From the NCBI GenBank assembly GCA_963575745.1, contig CAUYUJ010000145.1:62001-117650 (forward strand): a stretch of 55,650 bases of DNA, read 5' to 3'. A program made the position numbers and the translations under genes. The notes beneath the pieces were generated by a model. It made no database searches and was not told the DNA's origin. It was given only the letters and a program-made list of their open reading frames with translations. Positions within the stretch are counted from its first letter, which is position 1, and every line of letters starts with the position of its first letter. This document shows positions 33,368-49,444 of the stretch, piece by piece. Source of the stretch: Prorocentrum cordatum. Its lineage: Eukaryota.

Positions 33368-33590
33368 TGGGCCCCGGGCCACACATTTGTCGTACACCCT
33401 GCGAAATGCTTAAGAAATCATGGGTTAAGAAATTCATAGTCTCAGAACTTGAATAAAACCCCAAAAATTCTATTCAAATCTTAGGGTTTACATTGAAACA
33501 TTAAGAATAAACGAGACTCTGGCCGAAAATCTAAGTTTTCTTAAGCATCGCCTAAGGTGTAGGGGTCGCGGCCCCCTGGCCCCCGGGCCC
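33368..33590. repeat. AT-rich island bounded by inverted repeats (MITE-like)
   Basis: atgcttaagaaa / tttcttaagcat, tacacc / ggtgta, gggccccgggcc / ggcccccgggccc. Confidence 0.5.
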
Positions 33591-34090
33591 GGTTCGTCGT
33601 TGCGTGTGGTTCAATCCCTTCGGGCACGGGGCAGCGCAGAGGGCGGGGCACTTGCGTGGCGGTACAGGAGGCGGGAGCACGTCGCGCGGCCGCGCGGGGG
33701 GGGGGGTCCGAGGGGGTGCGAAGCGCCTCGTGCCTTTGGCTGCTCGCCACGTGCGCCGAAAGCGGGAAGGGCTCGCAAACAAGGCCAACGACGACGACGA
33801 CGATGGGCAAGGATGACGACGGCGTCGAGGTCGAGGCGGACGGCGACGGAGGTGACGACGACGGCGCCGCCGACGACGAGGACGGCGACAACGGCGTCGG
33901 CGACCACGACGGCGGCGAGGGCTGCGGCACAGCGGCCCTCACGGGCGGGGCCGGGCGGACGCGCCCCGAGGGGCAGGGCGGCGGGCCGGGCCGGGCGGGG
34001 CATGGGAGTGCAGTCGGGCTCGAGTGGGCAGGACGCGCGTGAGCGCACAAGACGAAAAAGAAACATCACCCCGACAAAAATCAAAGTTAT

Positions 34091-37080
<2,990 letters not shown>

Positions 37081-37279
37081 GAAATTTTTATTTTTCGTCG
37101 AAAATCCCCCTGTAGGGAGACAGGCCCGACTTAACACAAGACCCTTCCGAGGGCTACATTGCCAAAGGAGTGTCGGAGGCATGGGTCGCGAGACGCAGGA
37201 CATAAGGATACCCTTGGTTTGGCAGGGTCGACCTACCGATCTGGGCCGCCTGTAGTGTGCACACCATCCAACAGGATAC

Positions 37280-38063
37280 CCACGAGGGCGACGACGGCGA
37301 AGAGAGCGACGGCAGCGACGACGACGAGGGCGACGGCAGCGACAGCGACGGCGTCGACCACGACGGGGGCGACGAGAATGACGATGACGACGACAGAACG
37401 AACGACGACGACGACGACGATGAGGCCAACAACAGTAAAGACTACAAGGGCGACGACGACGAGGGCGACGGCAACGACGACGACGCCGACGAACACTACG
37501 AGGACGACGACGAGGACGACGAGAACGACGAACATGGCGATGATGACGGCAGCAACAGCGACAACGACGACGACGAGCCGTAGATGACACGGGCAATGAC
37601 ATGGACGACGAAGCTGGGGACGACCAGCCCGCGGACAAGGACGAAGCCGACGCCGACGAACACGACGGCGACGACATCGTGACCGACACCGACGATGACG
37701 ACGACGACGACGAGGACGCTGCCGACCATGACGATGACAACGACGACCGAGGTGGCAACGACGTCGACGACGAGGACGACGACGACGACGCCGCCGAGGG
37801 GTGCGACGACGACGGCGGCGACGAGGGCGACGACAAGGCAATCTGGGTCGGGCGTGGCCTTAGGACGTCTACGAGGGAGCCGGCGGCAAGGAGCGGCAGC
37901 GACGAGAACGAGGGCGACGACGACGACCACGGCGGTGTCCACCACGACGAGGGCGACGACGACGGCGGAGCCAGCTACGACGATGAGAGCGACGACGAGA
38001 ACGACGAGAGCGACGCAGTCGACGACGACGACGACGGGGACGAAAACGACTACGAGGGCGACA

Positions 38064-38094
<31 letters not shown>

Positions 38095-38705
38095 GCGCGA
38101 CGACGGGCGCGACAGCAACGACGTCGACGCCGACGAACCCGACGAGGACGACGAGGAGGGCCATGACTACAACAGCAACGACGACAACAACCACAATGAC
38201 GACGATTACGACGCCGAGGTATAAATGACACGGGCAATGACATGGACGTCGACAACGACAACGACGGCGACGACGACGAGAACGACGAGAGGACGACGAC
38301 TACTAACACGACGGCGGCGACGAAGTGACCGACAACGGCGACGACGACGACGACAAGGACGACGACGATCAGGATGACAGCGACGACCACGAGGACGACG
38401 ACAAGACGACGACGACAACGAAAGTGACGACGACGATATCGAAAATAACGACGAACACGACGACGATGAAGAGGATGGCAACGACGAAGACAACGACGGA
38501 AACGAGGACGACGACGACAGCGCCGAAACCAGTGACGACGATGATGGCAACGACGGGGACGACGAAGAGGACGGGGAAGCTGACGAGGAGGACGACGACG
38601 ATGACGACGAGAGTGATGACCAGGACAACGATGACGACGCCGACGAGAATGACAACACCAGCGATATCTACAGCAATGCGACGAGGGGGAAGACGAGGAG
38701 GACAA
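37280..38705. repeat. Degenerate (GAC)n low-complexity array
   Basis: The marker atgacacgggcaatgacatggacg recurs at ~37584 and ~38225; similar tract at 33785-33920. Confidence 0.85.
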
Positions 38706-39510
38706 GTAGGACCATACTCCGACAGATGTTCTTAACATCCTAAGAGATATCAACACATGCCCGAAATATTCCGAATGCATTCCATGGGTTTCGTAAGTAT
38801 TTCTTAACGATGCATGCGGATGGCTTCCGATGGCTGTTGTAGCATCTCCTGGCCCCAGCCTGTATTTTCTCTCAGTGCCCGTCATTTGGCTTCAACATCC
38901 TCCCTTATTTGTTTTAGATCCTTACTTACTTATACTATCCCGCACCTACCCCTCAACCCTCCATATTTGACGTTCTTGGCCTCTCATATGGAGCCTCCTG
39001 GCAACCGCTCCGCCACCTTCGCGTATGCTTCTGTTGGGTATCCGCTACTTCCTTGCAGTATACCTAATTCCGCTCACCGCCCATCTTACAATTTCTCGAA
39101 TCATCCTTACTTCTGTTCGTACCCCCCCCGGGGGGGTAGTGAACCAACTGCACGCAGCTGGTTTTCTTGGCGCCTCCCGGCGCTGGAGGCACCAGTGCGT
39201 CGTGAGATGTGCTCGGCGCGGCGGAGCCGATACCGGCTGTGCGCAGCGGACCTCGCAAGCCCTCCTTTCCCAGTCCCCCACTTCGTCAGATCCCCCCCTG
39301 CACCCCCCGAAGAATTACCTGGAAGGCTCCAAGGAGGGCCCTGAGACTGCCCAAGAGGAACCCAGGACGGCCCAAGAGAGCCCCGAGACAGCCCAAGAGG
39401 TCATCAAAGGCGGCCCAGGAAGATCACAAGAAGGTCCGACGAGACCGACATTGCTCCCAGGCTGGACTCGTCGTGACAATCGATTTTTCCTTTGCGAGAG
39501 CAGTGGGTCA

Positions 39511-39573
<63 letters not shown>

Positions 39574-39659
39574 CTGCGCAACATCTAGCCAGTGCAACGC
39601 GCGCAAATGTCGGCTGGTTGGTAATCCGTGCTCCTCGGAATCTCGCAACACCAGCCAGC

Positions 39660-40590
39660 TCAGACTTCCGTGACCCGCTTGCAGTCGGCCCTCGGAGTCG
39701 CATCCTGAGAGTGGTCGTCCTCGCCGAGCAGACCCCCGATGGGGTACCTGGCGTGGCTCAGGTTTTTCACGAGCAGGTTCAAATACTGTATCCCAGACGC
39801 AGTGCTGCCCCAGACTACCTTCATGTGCACGGACCCGTACTTCCTCCAGCCCGACAGCCGGCCATCCCGTTTCCGGGCGTAGTATTGCACGCCCCTGCCG
39901 TTGAGATACTGCCTGGCCGCCCATCTGCCAGCGACGCCCAACATGTCGATGTACATGTCCGCGCACGCCCCACCGTGCTGCTCCACGTGCGCCTCCACGT
40001 GGAGCAGCGCCCTCCGTGGCGTCACGCCTCGCGGGATTGCGAGCATCGTGTGGTTGCCCGGCCTCACGAGGTCGAAGCGCTCGCCGTACACGTTGACGAG
40101 GTGCGGGTCCCCGGCGGCCGACACGGCGACGAGACTGGGAGCCGGTGTCCCGGCCCCTCCCGCCGCGGGCGGCGCCGTGGGAGCCGGCGTCGCCGCGGTT
40201 GGCGTCGGCGTTGGCACGGGCGTCGGGGCTGGCGTGGGGGCCGCCGTCGGGGCTGGCGTCGGGGCCGCCGTCGGGGCCGCCGTCGGGGCTGGCGTCGGGG
40301 CTGGCGTCGGGGCTGGCGTCGGGGCTGGCGTCGGGGCAGGCGTCGGGTATATCTTCAAGTGGCACCCGCTTGCAGTTCCCGAAAACCCGGGCGATATGAC
40401 CGCGCCCACTTCCGCGCTGCAGGTGGTCGTCAGAGCAACATCATCCACCCACATGCCCGCTCCTGGATTTTGAATGACCTGGCTTTCACTCTCATAACTG
40501 GCGAACCCGGCCTCTCCAAAAGGGATCGTATTCTTGGCGCCAACTTGATAGTAGAGATAGCACGTGCTCTTCTCTGTCAGAACAACTGGA
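39660..40590 (-). CDS. 3' exon of a probable secreted/surface protein: Cys-containing segment, (PTPA)n stalk, GDPH/VWD-like C-terminal domain
   Basis: Open frame with STCYLYY, PTPA repeats and AAGDPHLVNVYGERFDLVRPGNH...GGLLGEDDH; GC3-rich codons. The 5' boundary is uncertain. Confidence 0.75.
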
Positions 40591-40854
40591 AAGACCATCG
40601 GATCAAAACGGAAGAAATCCGCCGGCCTCCTTGCGGGGCCACCAGGCTGTAGGCCGAAGCTTCGCAGTTTCCTGTACCAGTTGCAGCTTCCAGTTTCCAC
40701 TGTTACAGTTCTGCTTCTTGCTGTTTACTGTTCATTGTTGACTTGTTGTTGCTTACTGTTCCTTGTTGATGGACCGCGCGAGGGGGGAAACCCCAAACGG
40801 GCATGTAAACCACGCCCTGAGCGTGTCGTCTGAATTGTTGGCGGGTAACAGTTG

Positions 40855-42492
40855 ACACCCCTTGCAGATCGGCGGGGTCAGGGTCCAAAAACACATGGGA
40901 TTTGCCACATTTCGGACTTTCGGTGGCACCCCTCACGCAAATCGGCGGGTTCAGGGTCCAAAAACATATTTTTGAATCGCGGGTCGAGAGCGAGCCTCTT
41001 CCGATCGAAGCTAAGCGGGCAGCGCAGAGCTAATTAACAGAGAAGGAAAATAGAAGGCGGGGCCTGAGGCCAAGAGAGGACAAAGCCCCGGGAACAGGCG
41101 GTGCCGAAAGCGAAGTGCATGCAAAAGAACGCCTTGAGCATGAACCCGGAGGCGAAGTGCCGGGAGGTAAAAAGCTGGCGGTGGTGCCGTCAGCGGCGCA
41201 TCATGTACACCAGCCCCATAAGCTGCGGGAGAGGACGCGCCACGCATCCAGGGCGACGCCCGAGAGGATGAGGAGCGCCGCTGGGCCGGAGTGCAACGTT
41301 GCGCCACCGAGCAGGATGCAGGAGAGGCCCAGGCCGTGGTAGTCCAAGGTGCCACGTACAGGGACAAATAGCCGCAGTCTGAGGCGCGGCTGCCGGGCGG
41401 AGCCGGTAACGTGCCGCCCAGGACCGGCAGGGTGCCGGTGTGCTGCAGGGAGGACGCCTGCCCCGCAGTGGCAAGCGCGTGGGAAAGGGCTGGAGCCGCA
41501 CACGTTGCGCTGCCGCTCCGCAGTTCCAAGGGCCAGGCCGAAGCCGCGCAGCGCCAAGGACCGCGGGGCCGCCGAGGCGGCAAGGTGCAAGCGCCAGGCA
41601 CCGGGCCGAAGCCGCGCTGTGCAGGGCACTGCCGCCATGGGAGGGAGGGTAGCGAGCGGGTGGGAAGAAGCAGGCAAGGGTCCAAAAACGCATAGGATTT
41701 GCCACATTTCTGAAATTCGGCGGCACCCCTCACGCAGATCGGCGGGGTCAGGGTGCAAAAACACAATGGATTTGCCACATTTCTGAAATTCTGCGGCACC
41801 CCTCATGCAGATCGGCGGGGTCAGGGTGCAAAACGAAAATTGGATTTGCCACATTTCTGACATTCGGTGGCAACCCTCACGCAGATCGGCAGGGTCCAAC
41901 AACATAAGGGATTTGCCACATTTCTGAAATTCGACGGCACCCCGCACGCAAATCGGCAGGGTCAGGGTCCAAAAACACAGCGGATTTGCCACATTTCTGA
42001 AATTCGGCGGCACCCCTCATGCAGATCCGTAGGGTCAGGGTCCAAACACAAAGGGGATTTGCCACATTTCTGACATTCGATGGCACCCCTCATGCAAATC
42101 TGCGGGGTCAGGGGGCAAAAACACAATAGATTTTTGTCACATTTTGAATTTCGGCGGCACCCCTCACGCAGATCGGCGGATTAGGGTCAAAAAGCACAAG
42201 GGATTTGCCACATTTCTTAAATTCGGCGGCCCCCCTCACGCAGATCGGCAGGGTCAGGGTCCAAAAACATAGGGGATTTTTGCCATATTTCTGAGATTCG
42301 GCGGGCGGCCCCCCTCACGCAGATCGGCAGGGTCGGGGTCCCCAAACACATGGGATTTGCCACATTTCTGAAATTTGGCGGCACCCCTCGCGCAGATCGG
42401 CGGGGTCAGGGTCCAAAAACACGAGGGATTTGCCACATTTCTGAAATTCGGCGGCACCCCTCACGCAGATCTGTGGGGTCAGGGTCGAAAAA
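40855..42492. repeat. ~73-bp satellite (11 units at 41677-42492, ~1.5 units at 40855-40965) enclosing a 700-bp unique segment
   Basis: ggatttgccacatttctgaaattcggcggcacccctcacgcagatcggcggggtcagggtccaaaaacac units. Confidence 0.95.
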
Positions 42493-42601
42493 CAATCAGG
42501 TCCCGACACTGCTTCACGGCGGCGCCCAGACCTCTTGATTTAGCTTTTGCATCTTCCATTGTCCGAAACAGGGGGCCGGCGGCATGGGGCGAAGCCCTTA
42601 C

Positions 42602-42915
42602 GGATAACCTACGCATTCGTACCACTCGGTGCAAAGATCCTCACAATCTGTCTGATTAGCGCTATTGTCTAAAGACAGTACAGTCCATGTCTGTGTGGCG
42701 GTATTGCTTCTGGGCGCATTGCACTTGCACTCTCCAGTGCCATTCTTCTCATACGTAATCGGATATCCGATCTGATATTGGAGCAAATAGGCGTCTTCGA
42801 CGGCTTTCGTCCGCACGCCACTCGTGCAACTGCTCCCGTGCAGTGCGACGCCGGCGTCGATTGCATAGGCCGAAAGCAACCCGACAAAGGCAACTGCCAT
42901 GTAGATCGCCGGCAT
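42602..42915 (-). CDS. Probable first exon (signal peptide + first half of a PAN/apple-like motif) of the 39660 gene
   Basis: MPAIYMAVAFVGLLSAYA..., CEDLCTEWYECVGY followed by a GTAAG donor-like site; same strand and upstream of STCYLYY. Confidence 0.55.
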
Positions 42916-42959
42916 GTTGGCAATGACAGGGAATGTGCGATTTCGGAATGACAAGCTTC

Positions 42960-44535
42960 TACCCGAACGAGCCAAACTGGTCCTCAAAGCTCTTCAGATT
43001 GTCCAAAAGGGTTATCCTGGAGGTCCATCGCAACCCAGGGGGGCAGGTGCACGCTGAACGGGCTTCGGCTCCAGCATGGGGGAGCAGAACAGCTCAGGGC
43101 TACAAGAGGTGACGTCCAGAGGGCCCCATAAAGTTGTAAGACAGCCTGGAATGGCTCCAGGAGCAGACAAAAACGCCCCACGAGAGCCCCGAGCACCACA
43201 AAGACAGCCCAACGGGGCGTCCAGAGCGACCCAGGACAGCCCAAGGAAACCGCAAGAAGGCCCAAAAGGCCGCCAAGACAGCCCAGCATGGCCCCGATTG
43301 CTGCCCACACCGCGGTAAATGGTGCCCAAGGCGCTCAAGATTGCCAAGGAGGGCTTGCAGGGACGGGGGGCAAGGTGCACGCTATACGGGCCCCAGCTCC
43401 ATCCAGCAGGGAGGCAGGGCTCCAAGAGGTGACGTCGATAGGGCCCCGTAGAGTTAGTTGTTAAGACCGCTAAGGACGGCCCCAGGAACAGCCCAGAACG
43501 GCCCACGAGAGCCCCGAAGACCTCAGAGACAGCCCAACAGAGCTTCCAGAGAGGCCCAGGACGGCCCAAGGGAACCCCCAAGAAGGCCCCAGAGGCCGCC
43601 AAGACAGCCAAGCATGGCCCCGATTGCTACCCCAAACGAGCCAAAATGATCTCCAAATCGCCTAGGATTGCCCAAGAGGGTTTTTGCTCAGGGAGGCCCA
43701 GTGCGACCCCCCGGGGGGGGGGCGGCGGGAGGGGCGGGGGGCAGGTGCACGCGATGAGGGCTCCGGCTCAAGAATTGGGGGCAGGACGGCTCAGGGCTCC
43801 AAGAGGTGACGTCCAGAGGGCCCCATAGAGTTGTAAGACAGCTTGGGATGGCTCCAGGTGCAGCCCAGAACGGCCAACGAGTGCCCCGAGCGCCACAGAG
43901 ACAGCCCAACAGGGCTTCCAGAGAGGCCCAGGACGGCCCAAGGGAGCCCCAAGAAGGCCAAAAAGGCCGCCCAGACGGCCCAGCGTGGCCCCGATTGCTG
44001 CCTCAAGCTGTCAATATGGCCCCCCCAGGCGCCCAAGATTGCCCAAGACGGCCTGCAGGGATGCCCAGCGCGACGCGACGGGGACAGGAGGGGCGGGGGG
44101 CAAGGTGCACGCTACACGGGCCCCAGTTCCAGCAGACTGAGTTGCAAGGCAGCCTGGGATGGCTCCATGAGCAGCCCAGAACGGCCCACAAGAGCCCCGA
44201 GAACCACAGAGACAGCCCAGCAGGGCCCCCGGAGAGGCCCAGGACGGCCCACGGGAGCCCCGAGAGGGCGCAAAAGGCCGCCAAGACAGCCCAGCATGGC
44301 CCCGACCCCAGGGAAAGCGGGAGGGGCAGGGGACACGCTACACGGGCCCCGGCTCCAGAAGGGGGGACAGGACGGTTCAGGGCTCCAAGAGGTGACGTCC
44401 AGAGGGCCCCATAGAGTTGTAAAACAGCTTGGGATGGCTCCAGGAGCAGCCCAGAACGGCCCAGGAGGGCCCCGAGCGCCACAAAGACAGCCCAACAGGG
44501 CTTCCAGAGAAGTCCAGGGCAGCCCAAGGGACTGC
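42960..44535. repeat. Degenerate ~320-370-bp tandem repeat
   Basis: gggctccaagaggtgacgtccagagggccccatagagttgtaagacagc recurs at ~43097, 43417, 43793 and 44380. Confidence 0.85.
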
Positions 44536-45399
44536 TGAGCCAGATCGACAGTCTGAAAACACAGGTACACTCGATGCGCTCTAAACGTTGTTTTGTCTCA
44601 CGTCGGACGTGCCCCTACGTACCGAGGAGGAGGAGGAGGAGGAGGAGGAGGAGGAGGAGGAGCAGGAGGAGGAGGAGGAGGAGCAGGAGGAGGAGGAGGA
44701 AGAAGGAGGGGGAGGTAGGAGGAGGAGGAGAAGAGGAGAGGAAGGAGGAGGAGACGGAGTGGAATGGCGAGCTGGAGGTGGAGGACACGCACAGCATGCA
44801 CCCCCCGATGGGGCGCCGCACGAGCATGTCGCTCGGAAGAGGAGGGGCACGTGGGGCTCCAGGGTCGGGCCCGGCCGACGTATAGATTGCACGTGCGCTC
44901 CGAGGCAACGCAGACGTATAGCGTGCAAGAACGACTCTCGATGTTTGGGACATTTCTATCGGAATGGCGTATGGCGTGCACGCGTTTGAGTGTTTCTGTT
45001 GTCCCTGGAGGGGGGGCCGTGCACGCTGTGTGTGGCAACTTGACCGTACACATGTGCCTGCACGTATGGAACCACCACTCCGCAGCCTCGCGTGCCCGTT
45101 GCTGGGCATGCTAATGGCCCTTCCCCCCTCCCATCCTGGCGGCGCGACCGAGGGGCTGCTCCTTACAAGGCGCTGGACCCTCGGCCATCACCCCCCCCCC
45201 TCTTGTCGGGTGCTGCTAGAAGCACCCCTGGCCCAAGGTACCCCCAGGATTCTCGGGGTGGCCCAGACGGCCTCCAGGGCACCCCTCACGAGGCCCGGAG
45301 GGCCCCCTCCTCCTCCTCCTCCTCCTCCTCCTCCTCCTCCTCCTCCTCTCCACCTCCTCCTCCTCCTCCTCCTCGTCCTCCTTCTCCTCCTCCTCCTCC

Positions 45400-46238
45400 T
45401 CCACAATGACTCAATACGAATACTACTATCCCTCTTCCCCCGATGGCGGCCTGAAAGTAGCCGCCCCCCCCCCGCGTCCTGCTTTTTTACACACAGGATT
45501 CCCGGGAGTTGGGTTTTCGCCTGCATTTGTTTTCAAAATGCTGCTCTCGCTGAGGCGCCGGCCTCATTTTCGGGCCCCGCTCGTTCCGAATCGTGCTCCC
45601 GCTGCAGCGCTGGCCCCATTTCCGTGCTTCCGCTCGTTCCGAATCGTGCTCCCGCTGCAGCGCTGCCTCATTTCCGCGCTTCCGCTCGTTCCGACTCGCG
45701 CTCCCGCTGCAGCGCTGGCTCATGTCCCGCGCTTCCGCCCGTTTCGACTCCTGCTCCCCTCTGCAAGCGCTATTCGTCGTCACCGCCACCATGCCACAGC
45801 AACCATCACGCGCACTACGCGCACACAAATCGTGAAAAAAAAAACCACACTAAACACCACCACCACCACCACCACCAAGACCAACCAAAGCACCAGCCCC
45901 ACACCAAACCAGCACCACACCAGCACCACACCAGCACCAGCACAGCACCAGCACCAACACCACCACCACCAGCACCACCACCACCACCACCAGCACCACC
46001 ACCACCACCATCACCACCACCACCACCACCACCACCACCACCACTACCACCACCACCACCACGACAACCACGCACACACGCACGCACGCACGCACGTGCA
46101 CCACCACCCACTACGCACGCGCGCGCGGAGCCACAGGTCCGCTACGACACGCGTCCGCGGATAGAGAAAATCAGCGCCATGGTAAAGGATGGGAGGGAGG
46201 GGTAGGACGTCAGATATGACGCGAGCGCACATAGCTTT
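45400..46238 (+). mobile_element. Dispersed element D, copy 2 (with an internal (CAC)n expansion)
   Basis: Homologous to 27858-28410. Confidence 0.65.
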
Positions 46239-46928
46239 GGAAATCGTGGTCTCCTCTCTCCTCTCCTCTCTCCTCTCTCCTCTCTCATCTCTCCTCTCTC
46301 CTCTCTCCTCTCCCCTCCTCCTCCTCCTCCTCCTCCTCCTCCTCCTCCTCCTCCCCCTCGCCCTCCTCCTTCTCCTTCTCCTCCTCCTCCTCCTCCTGCT
46401 CCTCCTCCCCCGCTTCCTCCTTCTCCTCCTGCTCCTCCTTCTCCTCCTCCTCTTTCTCCTCCTCCGCCTCCTCCCCCTCCTCCTCATCCTCGTCCTCTCG
46501 CCTCCAACTTCTCAGCTTTTCTTCCTCTAATCGGTCGCCTTCCACCTCCTCCTACCTCATCATCGCTCCTCCGTGTCATCATCCTCCGAGCCTCGTCGTT
46601 CTCCTTCTGCCTCGTTGCTCCTCCTTCTCCTCCTCCAACCAAGTCCAAACCCACCTTCCCCTACAGCGTCCGCCCGACGAGGGGCTGGGATACAGACTAC
46701 TCGATTGTTACCCCACCCCAAGCACCGACAGCACCGCGCGGGTTCGCGCCCTCTCTTCGCTGGGATGGCTTGGCAGGCGGCAGGTCAGGGGGTACATCAT
46801 ACCCCCGCTTGGCCGCAACCTCAGTGCGGACGAAGAATCATTGCAAACGCAACTGTCCACCGTGGGGAACGACAATCAATCCACAGGCGCGGGAGGGACC
46901 TTCATGCCCATATGCCCCGCCACTAGGG

Positions 46929-47086
46929 TTAGGTCGGGCGTGTCCCCCTGCAGGCGGACTCTGAACGAAAAAAAACAAATACGAGAAACATACTCCAAAA
47001 TATTCAGAAGTAGTCAAAAATCGTCCCCAGACTATTCATTGACTATTTTTGAATACTCCTCCTGTAGAGGGACACGCCCGACTCAA
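46929..47086. mobile_element. MITE-like element, GTCCCCAGACT family, copy 2
   Basis: ttaggtcgggcgtgtccccctgcagg / cctgtagagggacacgcccgactcaa. Confidence 0.75.
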
Positions 47087-48201
47087 CACTGCGGGTATGA
47101 AGTCCACGGCCACCCTCTGGCGCGGGCGCCCCCCACGGTGGAAACCTGCACGCCGCGCCGATTCTCGTCCGCCCCAACCCTGCGGAAGAAATCCTCCAGG
47201 GCTCCGCGCTTCTCCTCAGGGGGCGTCCAAGAGAGGGGCTCGCAGATCATGGCCAGAGGCACGTGCGAGGACCGGGGGGGCACCGGGAGGCGTGTTGAAA
47301 GGAGAAGAGGGGGCCACCCACACCCGGGTGGTGTCCACCCCCTTCCCCAGACATTCCCCCGCTCTTGGAGGCCCCCGATCTCCTCGATGGCGTTGTCGAG
47401 GGTCCTCCCCGGGAAGAGCAGCTGGAGCGGAGCGTCGGCCCTCTTGCACTGCAGCCTGAGGAGCGACACGCCCCTCAGGGGCCCGCCCGGCTGGTTGCAG
47501 GCGGTCTCAAAGAGGTACTCCTCCGTCCCCCGGTGCCAGATGGCCCAGTGCAGGTTCAGGAACTCCAGGGCTGCGGCGTCGGTCTTGATGTCCGTTGTGC
47601 ACAGTCTCAGGCCCGCAAGGCCGCCGCGGAGCTCAAGGTTGTTGTACACCTTTTTCTGGTTCTCCACGCAGGCCCGCAGATCGCTCCAGGACGACTCCTC
47701 CTGCGAGCATCGTTTGGTCGATCCCCATCCCTGCTGGCATCGCCTTGGCCCTGCTGGTCAGCCCTACCCCCCAGGAGGGATGGTTGGGCTGTGATACCAA
47801 GGCCCAGTGGGGATGGGGATCGGTTGGACGATGCTGATCCTGGGACGGCTCGACGCCCAGGCCGCAGATCAGCGACCGCAGGGAGTCCATCGACTCCTGG
47901 TACTGCCTGTACTGCGCGTTGAGCCCACCGACGCAGCAGAGCCCAACCGCGTCCAGCTCGAGCGCCTCAAGCGAGGCAGCGGGGACACGGCTCGGCACCA
48001 AAGGAAACCGGGGTCCTGGTGGAAGCCAGGTCCTGAGGAACGGGCTTTCAATCGCACGACCCACCAATGCCGAATCGCCTTTTGGCCTTCCCCGGGCCAT
48101 GTCCGGGCAGCGAAAGAACGGCATGACTCCATTCCTGCAGGGCCCACGTTCTTCACATGGCTAGGGAAGGCACGACGCCGACGAGGACATGGATGACGAT
48201 A

Positions 48202-49444
48202 GAATCCCACCAGCCCTTTGGGCGTGAGTGGTTTAGCGAGCTCTCTGTCCTCAAAACCCCTTCTTCCCCTTCGGGGAGGGGTTTACCCCTCCCCCTACCC
48301 CCTCCCCCTGGGCCTGGAGAGGGGGGGCCGCGGGTCGTCAGGGGGTCAATTTCGACTCCTGGGAGGGCTAAAAAACGACACCTCTCACGAGGATTCTGGC
48401 CCCGACGGGGGCGGGCAGAAAAAATGATCTCCTCTTCTTTGAAACCAAAATCATTGATTTTACTACGGTTTCGGCCCCATTTTGGCCTTCTGAGGGGGCA
48501 GCGCTCCTCTTCCTTCATAGCAAAATCATTGATTTTACGAAGGTTTTGGGCTCATTTTCTCCTTCTCAGGGGGCAGCGCTCATTTGCGCTTCTGGGGAGG
48601 TCGCAAGAGGCCCCAATATGGCCCCAAGAGGCCCCCAGGAGGCTCCCAAGAGGCCTCCAAGAGGCCCCCAAGAGTCCCCCAAGAGGCCCCAAGAGGCCCC
48701 CAAGAGGCCCCCAAGAGGCCCCAAGAGGCCCCAAGAGGCGCCAAGAGGCCCCCAAGAGGCCCCCAAGAGGCCCCCAAGAGGCCCCCAAGAGGCCCCAAGA
48801 GCATCCAAGAGGCCCCCAAGAGGCCCCATGAGGAGCCCGAACGACTCACACCAGGACGAGGGGGCCGAACGACTCGCACCACGAAGAGCCCGAACGACTC
48901 ACACCAGAAGGAGGGGCCCGAACGACTCACACCAGGACGAGGCGCCCGAACGACTCACACCACGAGGAGCCCGAACGTCTCACACCAGGACGAGGGCCCC
49001 GAACGACTCACACCACGAGGAGCCCGAACGACTCACACCAGGAGGAGGAGCCCGAACGACTCACACCAGGACGAAGGGCCTTGTCCGAAGACAACTCCAA
49101 CCACTGAGAAGCCCCGAACGCTCACTCCAGGGTCGAAGAGCCGAAGACACACACCACGAGAGCCGAACGACTCACACCAGAAGATGGGCCCGAACGACTC
49201 ACACCAGGACGAGAAACCCCAAACGACTCAAACCACGAGGAGCGCTTTCTCTCCTCCTCCTCCGCCTCGTCCTTCTCCCGCTCCCACCACAAGGAGGATG
49301 TACAAGGAGGCGGGAGGAAGGAGGAACAGGGGAGATATGCGGGGCCAAGCGGACACACGCCTGAAAAACACGACTGTCGGCATGCTTCGCGAGAGTTGCT
49401 GCTGTGAGATGGGCTGGTGGGGATACGCGAAGCGTAAAGAATTT
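48202..49444 (+). mobile_element. Helentron/HINE-like non-autonomous element, copy C (internal ccccaagagg and ~30-bp cccgaacgactcacacca tandem repeats)
   Basis: gaatcccaccagccc ... atgggctggtggggatacgcgaagcgtaaagaattt. Confidence 0.65.

Noticed and set aside
37257..38735. Asp-rich or Thr-rich protein genes
   Set aside because: ORFs in several frames arise from the (GAC)n repeat; no domain or consistent frame
41677..42492. CRISPR-like regular repeats
   Set aside because: Units are contiguous ~73-bp tandem copies with no unique spacers, and there are no cas genes; this is a satellite
42966..42981. SL relict (minus strand ccagtttggctc) upstream of the secreted-protein exon
   Set aside because: The same word occurs at the equivalent position of the neighbouring tandem unit (43636-43650), so it is explained as repeat sequence
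48830..49235. CRISPR-like cccgaacgactcacacca array
   Set aside because: Intervening bits are short and similar to each other; it is a minisatellite inside element C
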